Shown one piece after another: positions 9,504 through 19,354 of a stretch of DNA of 64,000 bases (positions are counted from its first letter, which is position 1; each line of letters begins with the position of its first letter). Below the pieces are notes generated by a model. That model searched no databases and had not been told where the DNA came from. It saw nothing but the letters and a program-made list of their open reading frames with translations. The position numbers and the translations under genes are program-made. Source of the DNA: a virus (Duplodnaviria; Caudoviricetes); the IMG/VR virus record IMGVR_UViG_3300025316_001101, one strand, 5' to 3'.

Positions 9504-11613
9504 AGGTCATTTTTGCATAAGCTACCATCTCCTCGATAGTTTCCTGTTTCATTTTCAGTAAACCCTTCAAATAACCAACATCACTAGCTCCTACCTCGTC
9601 CAAACTCTTGATGCCAGCCTTAAAGAGCTTCTCTGCCCGCACTTTACCAATATTGGGAATCGTACATAGATCTACTAATTCTTCACGTACTCCATAAGTC
9701 ATGCGAAGTCCTAATCGTTTTAACCAATCTTGTTCTCCCCACTTACAAGCCATACCATCCAACGCTTTCAATACCGCATTCGCTCTAGGAAAATCAAACT
9801 GTAGATTTCTAGCCAGCCCCGACACTGCACCAGGGTCCATCCCACGCAACAAAGTAAAGTAAGCATACGCCCCTTTTACAGAGGGCTCCTTTGGAGAATT
9901 GGCTCCGAACATTTCACTGATTTTAGCAGCAAAGGTTGCCATATCATCACGCTCAGCCCTGCTCACAATTCCCTGTCGCAGGGTATCTACATTTCCCAAC
10001 GCAACCGACACAATGATGTCATTATTTTGATAACCGTTCTTGAATAAAATATCAAAATTTCTCTTGAGATCCGCAACATCAAATGGCGAATAATAAAACA
10101 TGCTGGATATAACACCAGTCATTGTTGCTTTGTATACATCATCTTCCTTGAAAATGGCTCCACACTTGATAAGCAATTCTAGCGTCTTTTCCACAATTTG
10201 ATCATCCAAGTCCTGTGCTTGAAAATGAGCAAAACTTTTCTCGTACCATGCATACACATCTTCCTTGGTCTTGATATTATTGTGATGAATCTCACTCACT
10301 AAATGAAACGCCAGCGTCTTATAATGCGGCTCTTCTTCAGTGCCAACATAATCCAAAAGTTTGGATACTATATTTTCTGGCTTACTCAATCGCACTTTAT
10401 GACGTTTTTCTTCTGACCGAGGAAGCAGCACATAAACATCGCCCCGTGGATCAAGACCAACTCGTCCTGCTCTACCCGCCATCTGTTGAATATTATAACT
10501 TTCCACTTCATCTAATCCACGATGTACACCCGTAATAATCACCCTGCGAGCGGGCATATTTAATCCCCACGCTAAGGTACTAGTGGCAATAACGATTCTA
10601 AAATCGGGATCGGTTCTGAATGATTTTTCCAAAGCATGTCTTTTGTCTTTCTCTAAATCAGCATTGTGAAAATCACAATTGATACCTAGCTTCTTTAGCG
10701 ATGACTTCATTAACTCCCCAGTTCGCTTAGTATGAACAAATACTAAAAATTTATCATTGGGATGATCTTCTAAAATAGACAAAGCAGCATTAACTTTACT
10801 CTCTTCCTTTTCATCATAACGACCAACATCATAATAGCTTTCGTAATGAATTGCCAAAGGACATGGACGATATTGAGAAGCAAGCAAGTAAGTATCTTTG
10901 CCTGTTAAATCATAACTGACCCACTTGGCAATCTCATCTACATTCGGCATAGTGGCCGACAACAATACAATACGAGCATTGGGTGCGAGTTGGGAAAATT
11001 TCATCAATCCCACTTCTAAATGGTCACCACGTCCGGGGACTGTAAGCAAATGGCTTTCATCAACCACTAAAGTACCCACTTCTTTTAACCATTCATTATG
11101 TTCGGCCTTGAAATTGCGACAGCGGGAATTAAGCATTTCACTGGTCATCAAGATAAGATTGGACTCTGCCAATTCTTTCTTGCGAGAAGCTGTCAATTGA
11201 TAGTCGCCAGTACAGATGCTCAACTTTAGATCTGAGAAATGATGTTTCTTCTCACCTTCGGCTGTAGTCCAATCATCAATCTTTTCTTTTGCTAGGGCTT
11301 TAAGAGGAGCCAGATACATAGCTTTACCGCCACGAACCCTTGCTTCATGAGCCATTAACATCTCTGCACAAACGGTTTTTCCAGCACTTGTAGCAGCCGC
11401 AATTACAAGATTGGCATCCTTATCATGAATTTCCACCACTCGGCTTTGTACCGGATTAAAAGTGGCAAATGGGAACTTTGCATACTTTGGAAAATCTTTG
11501 CACGCAATACAGTTGTTTTGATCATCAATTTTAATGACAGGTGGCATAAAACGCTCTCCCATAAAGCGAAACAGCGTGCGGAAATATAAATAATGATCCA
11601 CACGCTGCTTCAA
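9487..11613 (-). CDS. Ski2-like/Hel308-type SF2 helicase with C-terminal HhH
   Basis: Motifs 'AATSAGKT', 'DESH', 'LSAT', 'ATSTLAWGLNMPA', 'QMAGRAGR' and 'IPNIGKVRA'. Confidence 0.9.
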   Translation of the reverse strand: MKQRVDHYLYFRTLFRFMGERFMPPVIKIDDQNNCIACKDFPKYAKFPFATFNPVQSRVVEIHDKDANLVIAAATSAGKTVCAEMLMAHEARVRGGKAMYLAPLKALAKEKIDDWTTAEGEKKHHFSDLKLSICTGDYQLTASRKKELAESNLILMTSEMLNSRCRNFKAEHNEWLKEVGTLVVDESHLLTVPGRGDHLEVGLMKFSQLAPNARIVLLSATMPNVDEIAKWVSYDLTGKDTYLLASQYRPCPLAIHYESYYDVGRYDEKEESKVNAALSILEDHPNDKFLVFVHTKRTGELMKSSLKKLGINCDFHNADLEKDKRHALEKSFRTDPDFRIVIATSTLAWGLNMPARRVIITGVHRGLDEVESYNIQQMAGRAGRVGLDPRGDVYVLLPRSEEKRHKVRLSKPENIVSKLLDYVGTEEEPHYKTLAFHLVSEIHHNNIKTKEDVYAWYEKSFAHFQAQDLDDQIVEKTLELLIKCGAIFKEDDVYKATMTGVISSMFYYSPFDVADLKRNFDILFKNGYQNNDIIVSVALGNVDTLRQGIVSRAERDDMATFAAKISEMFGANSPKEPSVKGAYAYFTLLRGMDPGAVSGLARNLQFDFPRANAVLKALDGMACKWGEQDWLKRLGLRMTYGVREELVDLCTIPNIGKVRAEKLFKAGIKSLDEVGASDVGYLKGLLKMKQETIEEMVAYAKMTSMVDQ

Positions 11614-11625
11614 TAATGTTGACAG

Positions 11626-11895
11626 TTACGCTACTTCGGCTTCGGTATCCATACCGGCTCTATGACCGTATTCCTCTTTTACATATCGGCCGACCTCATC
11701 AAACATTTCAAACCATTCGGCGGCACCAGACGCTCCTGAAAGGAGCTTATCTACACTTTGATCACGCTGTATCAAGAGCGTGATTGCGGCTACATCGCCG
11801 CTTAAATTCTGTTTGAATCTCGACCCCAAGAAATACAAATCCTCATCGGAAAGCTTTCTCACATACTCACTTAAAATTACATTACTCTTTTTCAT
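11626..11895 (-). CDS. Hypothetical protein
   Basis: ORF track. Confidence 0.5.
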   Translation of the reverse strand: MKKSNVILSEYVRKLSDEDLYFLGSRFKQNLSGDVAAITLLIQRDQSVDKLLSGASGAAEWFEMFDEVGRYVKEEYGHRAGMDTEAEVA

Positions 11896-12208
11896 TGTAA
11901 TACCTCACATTATGCATGGACTTCTTGATATTAAAACACTCGAACATACCATGATTACGAATTGGACTCATTTCCTCGATATGCGCAAACTAATGGCGTT
12001 TGCCAAGAATGCAGTGGTTGAACACCACTATATCGAAGCCACTTGTACAATTCAACAACTCACCATCTCCCGATTTGAATTCAAATCCGTAGGATTCATC
12101 CTTTGGATAGAAGTCAATATACAGAATATGGACAAAAAGGTCAAGGCGACTATTGAAGCTTTCTTATCCGATAGTGAATTAGTTTACATTACCAGCACTA
12201 CGGACTAA
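11780..12208 (+). CDS. Hypothetical protein (true start probably near 11912)
   Basis: ORF track; fills the gap between minus-strand genes. Confidence 0.45.
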   Translation: MIAATSPLKFCLNLDPKKYKSSSESFLTYSLKITLLFFIVIPHIMHGLLDIKTLEHTMITNWTHFLDMRKLMAFAKNAVVEHHYIEATCTIQQLTISRFEFKSVGFILWIEVNIQNMDKKVKATIEAFLSDSELVYITSTTD

Positions 12209-12585
12209 ACAACGGCCAATCGGCTCCTTTCTTCTTCGTCATGATCCACAAAAATTATGTTGTCATGATCTGGATACCTTAGCGATAAATTATAAGTGTC
12301 TATAAATGCTGTACGGTCATCTTGACAGGTGTTAACCCAGCAATATCCTGGATCTTTAACCTTTTGACCATCCTTGCCTTCTTTTGTTATTCCTACCTGA
12401 AGTGTAATCCCATCCGGTAATTGTACCTCAATTTGGCCGTCCTTCAAGAGCGAAGTGATGATGAGATGTTGAAGTTTATCTTTTTTAGTCATGATAGGTA
12501 TCCTCCAAAAAATACTACCATATCTACTCGTAATAAGCCCTAGATTGCCAAGGTCTAAAATATTAAAGCAATCATTTCCCCACAA
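12205..12585 (-). CDS. Hypothetical protein
   Basis: ORF track. Confidence 0.5.
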   Translation of the reverse strand: MWGNDCFNILDLGNLGLITSRYGSIFWRIPIMTKKDKLQHLIITSLLKDGQIEVQLPDGITLQVGITKEGKDGQKVKDPGYCWVNTCQDDRTAFIDTYNLSLRYPDHDNIIFVDHDEEERSRLAVV

Positions 12586-12592
12586 AATTCTA

Positions 12593-13066
12593 TTAAATTA
12601 GATTGACTTGATCCGGTTGCATGTGGCTATATTTGAATCCCTCATAATCACACATTTCCACCTTGCCATCATAAGGAGAGTTAATCGGCCGACCCCTCGT
12701 ATCTAAACAAACCGTCCAACAATAGATTTTACGATTCATGCCAGGAAGTTCCACTAAAGATAGATTATGCCCACCTAAAAACTTCTTCGCAATCTTTGTT
12801 ACTAAAGAAAATGGCAAAAAAGGAATAGTTTTACCAAATATCTGTACGGTTTCTAAGAAATGTGTTTTATAATCTGCACGACTGAAATACAACACCACAT
12901 CATACCCATCCACTACAGTTTCTACTATTTTTAATAAATGGATATCGTCCTCTAAACGTGGGTCATTAAGAGGATAATTATAAGGAACTAATGCATCCCC
13001 AACGTTTTTTATCTGCTCAATGATGTCATCTAAAGTTTTGTGTTGCATAGAGTTATTCCCCACCAT
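12593..13066 (-). CDS. Hypothetical protein
   Basis: ORF track. Confidence 0.55.
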   Translation of the reverse strand: MVGNNSMQHKTLDDIIEQIKNVGDALVPYNYPLNDPRLEDDIHLLKIVETVVDGYDVVLYFSRADYKTHFLETVQIFGKTIPFLPFSLVTKIAKKFLGGHNLSLVELPGMNRKIYCWTVCLDTRGRPINSPYDGKVEMCDYEGFKYSHMQPDQVNLI

Positions 13067-13084
13067 ATATATTCACGCAAATGG

Positions 13085-14170
13085 CTAAAATTCGTATTCA
13101 CTACCATATACTGCATTGGCGTGATCGATGGGGTTAAGATATTCCTGTAATTTGTTGCAATCCAAATGCAATTGAGAAATAATTTCCTCCACTTGTCTTA
13201 TCGCTAATCGTCTCGCTATATGCGACCAAATTCCATTACCATCTGTCATTATTAAGTTTTTCCATATTCTAGCTATAAACCAATTTCTAACCTGCTTCAT
13301 ACCTTGTGATAGTTTACACTCTTCAAGAAACTCCAGCAATCCCAGTACGTCTTTTGGCTCCAACCATAACAAAGAAGACCAACGATCACCCTCAGCATAT
13401 GGCCTAAGAATTGGCTTGTTTTTCACCACCTCTACAAAATGCAATAATAATCTAATCCAATTTTTTAACAAATATGAATCCACACATCCATCATTGCCCA
13501 CAATGCGAAATTCTACAGTTTCTCGATTCCTCTTCTGTACCTTCTGATATGTGTTTATGGTGTAATATTTGTGTTCGCTCAACTTCTCTATAAGCTTGTC
13601 AGGCACGATTAAATCATTGTGTTGAAACTCCTGACACGCTCCTATGCATTGACAAAACCTGTTAACCTTTCTATGAGCTTGAACCGAATCCATAAACACC
13701 GCTTCACATTTAATCCAGTACGATAATATAGATGCCAATTGATAATCATCACAATCCCTTACCTCTACATGTACATGTGCTGCACATCTGCCATCCGCTT
13801 TTATGTTCGAGTCTTCATTTAATACATCTACCGCTTTACAGATTTGAGACAAAGCATGACAGCCACGACTTACCGGCGAACAAATTTCTATACCACAACT
13901 AGCGTCTGGCTTCAAAACCCAACAATTATTGTTATCCGTATGGCCCCATTTTCGCACCTCAACTTTTTCTCTAAAAATTTCTGAAAGCAATGCTGCTATA
14001 TAATGTATCCCTTCAGGAAGCTCTCCTCTGTCCAGAGGAGCAGCCCTAAAATCTCTGTCATCGAATGCATTTAACTCTATTTCTACGCCGAAACGTCGAT
14101 GTGAATTAAATGTTATGAGATTCAGCGAGTCCATATATGTTATCCTATCAATAAAAAACCCAAAAAACAA
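13085..14170 (-). CDS. Amidoligase (COOH-NH2 ligase type 2) family protein
   Basis: Motifs 'RRFGVEIEL', 'WVLKPDASCGIEICSPV', 'CAAHVHV', 'KYYTIN' and 'TVEFR'. Confidence 0.8.
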   Translation of the reverse strand: MFFGFFIDRITYMDSLNLITFNSHRRFGVEIELNAFDDRDFRAAPLDRGELPEGIHYIAALLSEIFREKVEVRKWGHTDNNNCWVLKPDASCGIEICSPVSRGCHALSQICKAVDVLNEDSNIKADGRCAAHVHVEVRDCDDYQLASILSYWIKCEAVFMDSVQAHRKVNRFCQCIGACQEFQHNDLIVPDKLIEKLSEHKYYTINTYQKVQKRNRETVEFRIVGNDGCVDSYLLKNWIRLLLHFVEVVKNKPILRPYAEGDRWSSLLWLEPKDVLGLLEFLEECKLSQGMKQVRNWFIARIWKNLIMTDGNGIWSHIARRLAIRQVEEIISQLHLDCNKLQEYLNPIDHANAVYGSEYEF

Positions 14171-14720
14171 ACCAATTCAATCGCAGTGTATTGACTTGGA
14201 CGTTTTTACATACTATAAAAGTATTAGGAGAATTGTTATGCCCACATACAAACCACATAAATGCTTAATGGTAAAAACTAAAGACAATCGTAGTTTTTTC
14301 ACCCACAGCAAGTATTATCCACAACTTACTGAATTTTCTAAGACTTTCGGAGCAGAAATCTCAGTTGTGAAAATCAAAGAAGGTGAAGTCCTAGACCTAA
14401 TTCAACTGGCTCCCGCCATTTGTAATTCGGACTATACCGCCAAACCAGAATTTGAAATTCTAGAAACAAAGATACCCATCAAGAAACGATGCCGTTCTAA
14501 ACTTCTAAAGAACTCACAAAAGATCCGAAATTATATCGAATCCCAGTTCCGTAATGGAACCACCGTTTCTCTAAAGATCCTAATGAATCGCTACAAAAGA
14601 TTGCGAATCACCTCGGCCTGCCTTTGTAACCACATAAAAGTAGTCCGAGAAAAACTAGAAAAAGAAGGTATGAAAATCATAAAGGTGGGTGGCGGAAAAT
14701 ATCAGATGAACACACAATAA
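14115..14720 (+). CDS. Hypothetical basic protein (true start probably MPTYKP near 14238)
   Basis: ORF track; possible winged-helix C-terminus. Confidence 0.5.
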   Translation: MRFSESIYVILSIKNPKNKPIQSQCIDLDVFTYYKSIRRIVMPTYKPHKCLMVKTKDNRSFFTHSKYYPQLTEFSKTFGAEISVVKIKEGEVLDLIQLAPAICNSDYTAKPEFEILETKIPIKKRCRSKLLKNSQKIRNYIESQFRNGTTVSLKILMNRYKRLRITSACLCNHIKVVREKLEKEGMKIIKVGGGKYQMNTQ

Positions 14721-14724
14721 TCTT

Positions 14725-15324
14725 CTATGTTTTAATACAACTAATTCTTTTCGTTATTTTCTGAATAAGCTGTTCACAAAAGATCATATAGTTTTTATTG
14801 AGATTGTCTATCCATGACTGGCGATCCCCTTCGTACTTACCAATAGGATTATTGGCATTTTTTATCTGCAATTGACCCGTACCTAAGTTCGCTATACATA
14901 AATCTTTCCAATCCATAAACTCGATTGGCACCACCTCGACCTGTTGAATGTCAACTGTCGTTTCTTTATGCTGATAATACACAAATACATATAATAAGTA
15001 TTTGTTTGCATCTGCATAAAGCTTAGTAAGCCTGCCAATCGAGATTAAGTTTGGCATAGAAAACGCCGCCCCTATATGCTTAGATTTGACATCCACAAAA
15101 AATTTCATGCCATCTTTAGCTACCAACACATCCTCAATGGAACGTTTAGATTTGGCCTTTTTTGCGGTGTAATCAAAAGACTCAATATTGTCAATAACAT
15201 ACTGCGTCATCATCCCTTCAATGGAATCTGCTACTGACCTCTGCATGGCAAATTGATCTACCTTAAATCGTGTGCCGATCAATTGGCTGCAAATCGTATG
15301 TAATAATCCTTTTGTATTTTGCAT
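14725..15324 (-). CDS. PD-(D/E)xK restriction-endonuclease-like protein (start trimmed from 15525)
   Basis: 'IEDVLV...FFVDVKSKH' fits D-x(n)-D/E-x-K. Confidence 0.55.
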   Translation of the reverse strand: MQNTKGLLHTICSQLIGTRFKVDQFAMQRSVADSIEGMMTQYVIDNIESFDYTAKKAKSKRSIEDVLVAKDGMKFFVDVKSKHIGAAFSMPNLISIGRLTKLYADANKYLLYVFVYYQHKETTVDIQQVEVVPIEFMDWKDLCIANLGTGQLQIKNANNPIGKYEGDRQSWIDNLNKNYMIFCEQLIQKITKRISCIKT

Positions 15325-15332
15325 AATGAAAA

Positions 15333-15359
15333 AGCCCACCCGGCAAAGCCGGGTGGGCT
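15333..15359 (-). terminator. Terminator downstream of uvsX/recA
   Basis: agcccacccggc-aaa-gccgggtgggct followed by a T-run on the minus strand. Confidence 0.75.
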
Positions 15360-15367
15360 CGATTCGT

Positions 15368-16627
15368 TCATTCGTCCTCATCACCCTTTCCAAGAGCTTC
15401 CAAATCCACATCCATGTCTTCATTGGTAATCTCTTTTTCCTCAGTGGTATCACTGACGGACAAGTTAAGAGCAGCACCGTAAATTTCAAGATAATCACGA
15501 ACTTGTTGTTCGGAGTCAGCATCAATGACAGCAGGGCACTTTAGAATTGCATCTGCTGGCACATCATTGCGAGCTTCTGTGCTTTGGAATTTAATTTCCT
15601 CGCCACCAGCCCACGGCTCCAAAATCTTGTAATAACCCTTGCCACTCTTTTCGATACGACCAGCCGCCAATAGTGCGCCAAGCAATCCGCCCAATGGCGA
15701 AATTCCATGCTTGAAATATAGCTGCACTTCGTTGACAGCTACGAATGGAGTGAAGCTACGATTCTTTTTGTTTTGGAACGTTAAATTAACGCCCAAAGGC
15801 ATTTCAGAATTTTTCTTCTTCTTTTTCTTGCCATCGTCTTCCTTGTCCTTATCCTTATCGGACTTCCCGTAAATAAGGGCATGAGCCGATGTACGAATAC
15901 GACAACTGGCATAGAATGGCAATGCATTTCCGCCACCGGCCGTAACTTCCGGCGATCCATACAATACGCCAATGGCTTGACGAGTTTGATTAATCACAAA
16001 CAACGTTGCATTGTTTTCACTCAAAAACGGATTAATCTTTCGTAGAAAATCACCACAAGCCTTAGCACGCTCGCCCGGCTGCGTGTTTCCACCCACGATC
16101 CGCTTAAATTCCTCTTTAGAGAATTTCTCAGGTAAATTTGTTTCTCTAAATTCACGTTCGGTCGGCGTTACACCAATAGAGTCCCATACAAACAAAATGG
16201 GAATATCTTTACCTTTGTATTGACGGATCTTTTTAGTGGCAGCAACAATCTTTCGCTCCACCTCTTGTATACTAATGGGTTCATAAGTCACCAATTTCTT
16301 GGTATTGACATGACCCGCCGATTCCGCAAACATCGGATTGGCTGCACGCTCGCAGTCCAAAAGAATGGCAATGCCGCCCATACGCTGCACACTGCCTAAA
16401 ACGGTATACCCCAGCAAAGATTTCGCTGAAGCCGGTGGCCCATAAACTTCAATAATCTTCCCACCGGGAAGACCACCAGTTATAAACTTGCCACTCGAAG
16501 CGAAGTTGAGACCTAAATTTCCGGTATCTAAATGATAGTCACTTTTACTGGCTTCACTTAGCGTCTCCCCACCGGTACTACTTGCCAACTCTGAAAAGAA
16601 TTCATCCTCTTTGTTTTTCTTGGCCAT
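15368..16627 (-). CDS. recA: RecA/UvsX recombinase
   Basis: Motifs 'GGLPGGKIIEVYGPPASAKS', 'FVWDSIG', 'INQTR' and 'GGGNALPFYASCRI'. Confidence 0.9.
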   Translation of the reverse strand: MAKKNKEDEFFSELASSTGGETLSEASKSDYHLDTGNLGLNFASSGKFITGGLPGGKIIEVYGPPASAKSLLGYTVLGSVQRMGGIAILLDCERAANPMFAESAGHVNTKKLVTYEPISIQEVERKIVAATKKIRQYKGKDIPILFVWDSIGVTPTEREFRETNLPEKFSKEEFKRIVGGNTQPGERAKACGDFLRKINPFLSENNATLFVINQTRQAIGVLYGSPEVTAGGGNALPFYASCRIRTSAHALIYGKSDKDKDKEDDGKKKKKKNSEMPLGVNLTFQNKKNRSFTPFVAVNEVQLYFKHGISPLGGLLGALLAAGRIEKSGKGYYKILEPWAGGEEIKFQSTEARNDVPADAILKCPAVIDADSEQQVRDYLEIYGAALNLSVSDTTEEKEITNEDMDVDLEALGKGDEDE

Positions 16628-16682
16628 ATTAAATTGTCCTTATGGTTTCATATGATTACTTTCTTTTATTGATTTATGAAAT

Positions 16683-16714
16683 GACCCTCCACGGCCGAAC
16701 GGCCGTGGAGGGTC
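16683..16714. terminator. Hairpin terminator after the SSB gene
   Basis: gaccctccacggcc-gaac-ggccgtggagggtc. Confidence 0.7.
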
Positions 16715-16733
16715 GTAAAATTGAACCTAGATG

Positions 16734-17720
16734 TTATTCGAGTTCAATATTCTTAATCTGATTCATAAAGTCATCTTCATCCAACGACTTACTGGGTTCA
16801 GATTCAACGACCGGAGCTTTGGCAGTAGTTGTAGACGCACCTGCACCAACAATACTGTCAATGTCGGCTTCGTCCGAAACTACCGTAGCCTTAGAACCAC
16901 TGGAATGATTCCCGCCAGCCTGATATTGAGTGGGATCAAAATCACCCGTCTCGTCTTTTTCAATACCAAGATGGACCTTCAACTGGTGATCAAGAGCCTC
17001 ATACTCAAGAATACCACGCTCACGAATTGCAACAAGATCATGCAAATTCGTCAGCCATTCCTTAACCTGATCCGGCTCACCCAAAGGCGACTGGGCCAGG
17101 AATTTGGAATCGTTGTAAGTCGGGAAGGAATCCTTACCGGACTGCTTCATGACCTTAATCAACTTAAAGTCACGACCGGTCTTAGGATCGGTCACATCAC
17201 CCAACGATGCGATGTCCATAGTCTTATCGCCCAAAATAAATTTGAGGATAATACCATGAAGGGTCTTTCCAACCGCCCAAATCTTCGGACCAACATTCGT
17301 TTCGACTTCTTGAGTCTTACTGTTGACCTGTTGGCGAACAATTACGTTGTAGTAATAGCGATCAATAGGCTTAATCGCTCTCGCCTTGTTTTGGGTCTGG
17401 GTGGCAACGTCGGGGGACTGTCTTTCCGACTCTTTCCACAGCCAATTGTAATATCGGCAAACCGGACAATCGCCCTGCCACTTCTTATCGACCAAGACCT
17501 TGAGACAGTGGTAGTATCGGTTATTCAGTCTGTGGACACGGGAAGGTGCATAGAACGGGTTCTTGGGCCGTCCAAACATCTCTTTAGCAGCGGGTGGAAG
17601 CAACCGCATTGCAAAATGGCAATTCCCATCGGGAATCAGGACGTAATTGTCCAAATAGCTGTTACCTTGCGTATTCAGCCGTTGATTTTCTTCCATCAAT
17701 TCATTCAAGTCTAAACTCAT
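16734..17720 (-). CDS. T4 gp32-like single-stranded DNA-binding protein
   Basis: Motifs 'MRLLPP', 'CPVC', 'RYYYNVIVR', 'GPKIW', 'GRDFKLIK' and 'YNDSKF'; acidic C-terminal tail; next to recA. Confidence 0.8.
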   Translation of the reverse strand: MSLDLNELMEENQRLNTQGNSYLDNYVLIPDGNCHFAMRLLPPAAKEMFGRPKNPFYAPSRVHRLNNRYYHCLKVLVDKKWQGDCPVCRYYNWLWKESERQSPDVATQTQNKARAIKPIDRYYYNVIVRQQVNSKTQEVETNVGPKIWAVGKTLHGIILKFILGDKTMDIASLGDVTDPKTGRDFKLIKVMKQSGKDSFPTYNDSKFLAQSPLGEPDQVKEWLTNLHDLVAIRERGILEYEALDHQLKVHLGIEKDETGDFDPTQYQAGGNHSSGSKATVVSDEADIDSIVGAGASTTTAKAPVVESEPSKSLDEDDFMNQIKNIELE

Positions 17721-17793
17721 AAATCGTTCTCCTAGTAAATAAAGTTACAATCGTGATGTAGGATTAATCGGCAACAGACCGAAAATTCCAAAA

Positions 17794-18084
17794 TTATTCT
17801 TCACTTTCAAAAACTCTATCATATTCCGCAATGATATCTTCCGCAATTTTTACCATCTTAATCCTGGTATAGTCCTGTCCATAATCGCTATTTGTACGAC
17901 TTACATAAGAAGCCATTAATTGAGCAATCAGAAATTCCCGGATGGTCATTTCTACTGCTGGTACATTCGCACGTGTTATTCGTTCTTCCATATAAATCTT
18001 GCATACATGCCTTACATTCTTAGAGCTTATCCGAATTGTAAAATAATTGCAAGGGCTGTTTTCAGAAAAACAAAAGGCCGTCAA
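17794..18084 (-). CDS. Hypothetical protein
   Basis: ORF track. Confidence 0.4.
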   Translation of the reverse strand: MTAFCFSENSPCNYFTIRISSKNVRHVCKIYMEERITRANVPAVEMTIREFLIAQLMASYVSRTNSDYGQDYTRIKMVKIAEDIIAEYDRVFESEE

Positions 18085-18127
18085 GAAATCTTCTTGACGG
18101 CCTTCGTTTCAACTGGAGGTATCGCTA

Positions 18128-18583
18128 CTAAAGGGGATTATCGTGTGCCTCCTCAACCTCACCTTCTTCTGGTTCGGTCCCCGGTTGTCGAATTTCCGGG
18201 TGCTTCTCTACCCACTTCTTTGTTTTAATTTCAAGAGCATCCATTTTCTCTTTCAATGTCATATGTCCATCAGCTTCAAGCTCAGCGTTAGTCTGCTCTC
18301 TTGCAGCCTGTTCCTTGAGATATTCTTCTTCAAGAGCTTCTAGTATCTTCAAATTATTTTCTAGTTGTTCCAAAGCACTTTCCTCCTTATGCTGATCAAA
18401 TTCGATCTGTTTTTCAGTACGTACAAAAGGTGGAATTCGCTGCCTTGTGTTTCGCTCAGCCTTTGCTATTTCCCGATCCTTTTTACTTTGTTCTCGTATT
18501 TTGGTACGCTTCCTCAATACGGATTCCTTGGATTTAGCTTCTCTTTGCTTCTTTTTCTTTTCTTCCAGTTTTTTACTAGCCAT
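18128..18583 (-). CDS. Charged coiled-coil hypothetical protein
   Basis: ORF track; rich in K, E and R. Confidence 0.55.
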   Translation of the reverse strand: MASKKLEEKKKKQREAKSKESVLRKRTKIREQSKKDREIAKAERNTRQRIPPFVRTEKQIEFDQHKEESALEQLENNLKILEALEEEYLKEQAAREQTNAELEADGHMTLKEKMDALEIKTKKWVEKHPEIRQPGTEPEEGEVEEAHDNPL

Positions 18584-19346
18584 TGAATGTTACCTTTTCA
18601 ATTCTTGTGTCACCTTGTCTAACTGGCATCCATACAGATTCCCAATCTTCCGGCAATCGCTCGGTCATCTTACTGAGTTTATCTTTCATACGATCTATCA
18701 TAGACTCAGCATCACCAAGAGACAGTTGACCAACATTTATATAAAAAATCAAGATGCCTTTGAGTTTTGTATTCTCTTCATAATAACCATTATGTCGTCG
18801 ATTGCCAATAGAAGAAACATAGCCCTCCATACAACTTTTCAAAAAATCATCCCATTTATCATTTGCTTGATCAGCACCTTCTGCTAACTGTGGATGACCT
18901 AACTCTGCTGAATTTGCATCTTCCTCCTGGATTCTGGCTAACTCAGCCAACTCTTCTTCCTCAGTTCTCTTCTTTAATGTGTAGGTTTCCGGCCCTTTCA
19001 TTGGTGGAATTGGTCGATCCCAATATCCTTGATACCCCACTTCTTTAGTCTGCGTCTCTACTTCTGGAGCTTTGTCACAATACGAACAATTACATCCCTT
19101 AGGATGAATTTCTTCTTCTGTATGGCAACGGCCATCGGTAATCTCCGCTGTTCTATGGAGATTGGGCAATCCCTTTGTACAGCCCTTCCACTTCTCAACA
19201 AGTTCTTTACTGACTACTACGTCATTGACCTTGTTAGAAAATTCTATTACTGCTTTAGCTTGGTCTCTTTTCTTAAACGACCTTTTTTTAGGCTCCTGCA
19301 TTTTTGGATCTAATTTTCCCATATCTTCTTCATCATAACTGTTCAT
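18576..19346 (-). CDS. Hypothetical protein with a C-terminal domain resembling the T4 gp20 portal clip region
   Basis: 'ILIFYINVGQLSLGDAESMIDRMKDK...WMPVRQGDTRIEKV' compared with the remembered gp20-family pattern 'R(I/V)(F/W)Y(I/V)D(V/T)GN(L/M)P..KAE......M...WL.RR.G...TE(I/V).TL'. Confidence 0.5.
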   Translation of the reverse strand: MNSYDEEDMGKLDPKMQEPKKRSFKKRDQAKAVIEFSNKVNDVVVSKELVEKWKGCTKGLPNLHRTAEITDGRCHTEEEIHPKGCNCSYCDKAPEVETQTKEVGYQGYWDRPIPPMKGPETYTLKKRTEEEELAELARIQEEDANSAELGHPQLAEGADQANDKWDDFLKSCMEGYVSSIGNRRHNGYYEENTKLKGILIFYINVGQLSLGDAESMIDRMKDKLSKMTERLPEDWESVWMPVRQGDTRIEKVTFNG

Positions 19347-19354
19347 ATGTCTCC

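Noticed and set aside
16731-17714. 327-aa plus-strand ORF
   Set aside because: It is an antisense shadow of the gp32-like gene in the mirrored frame, with no start signals or recognisable motifs.
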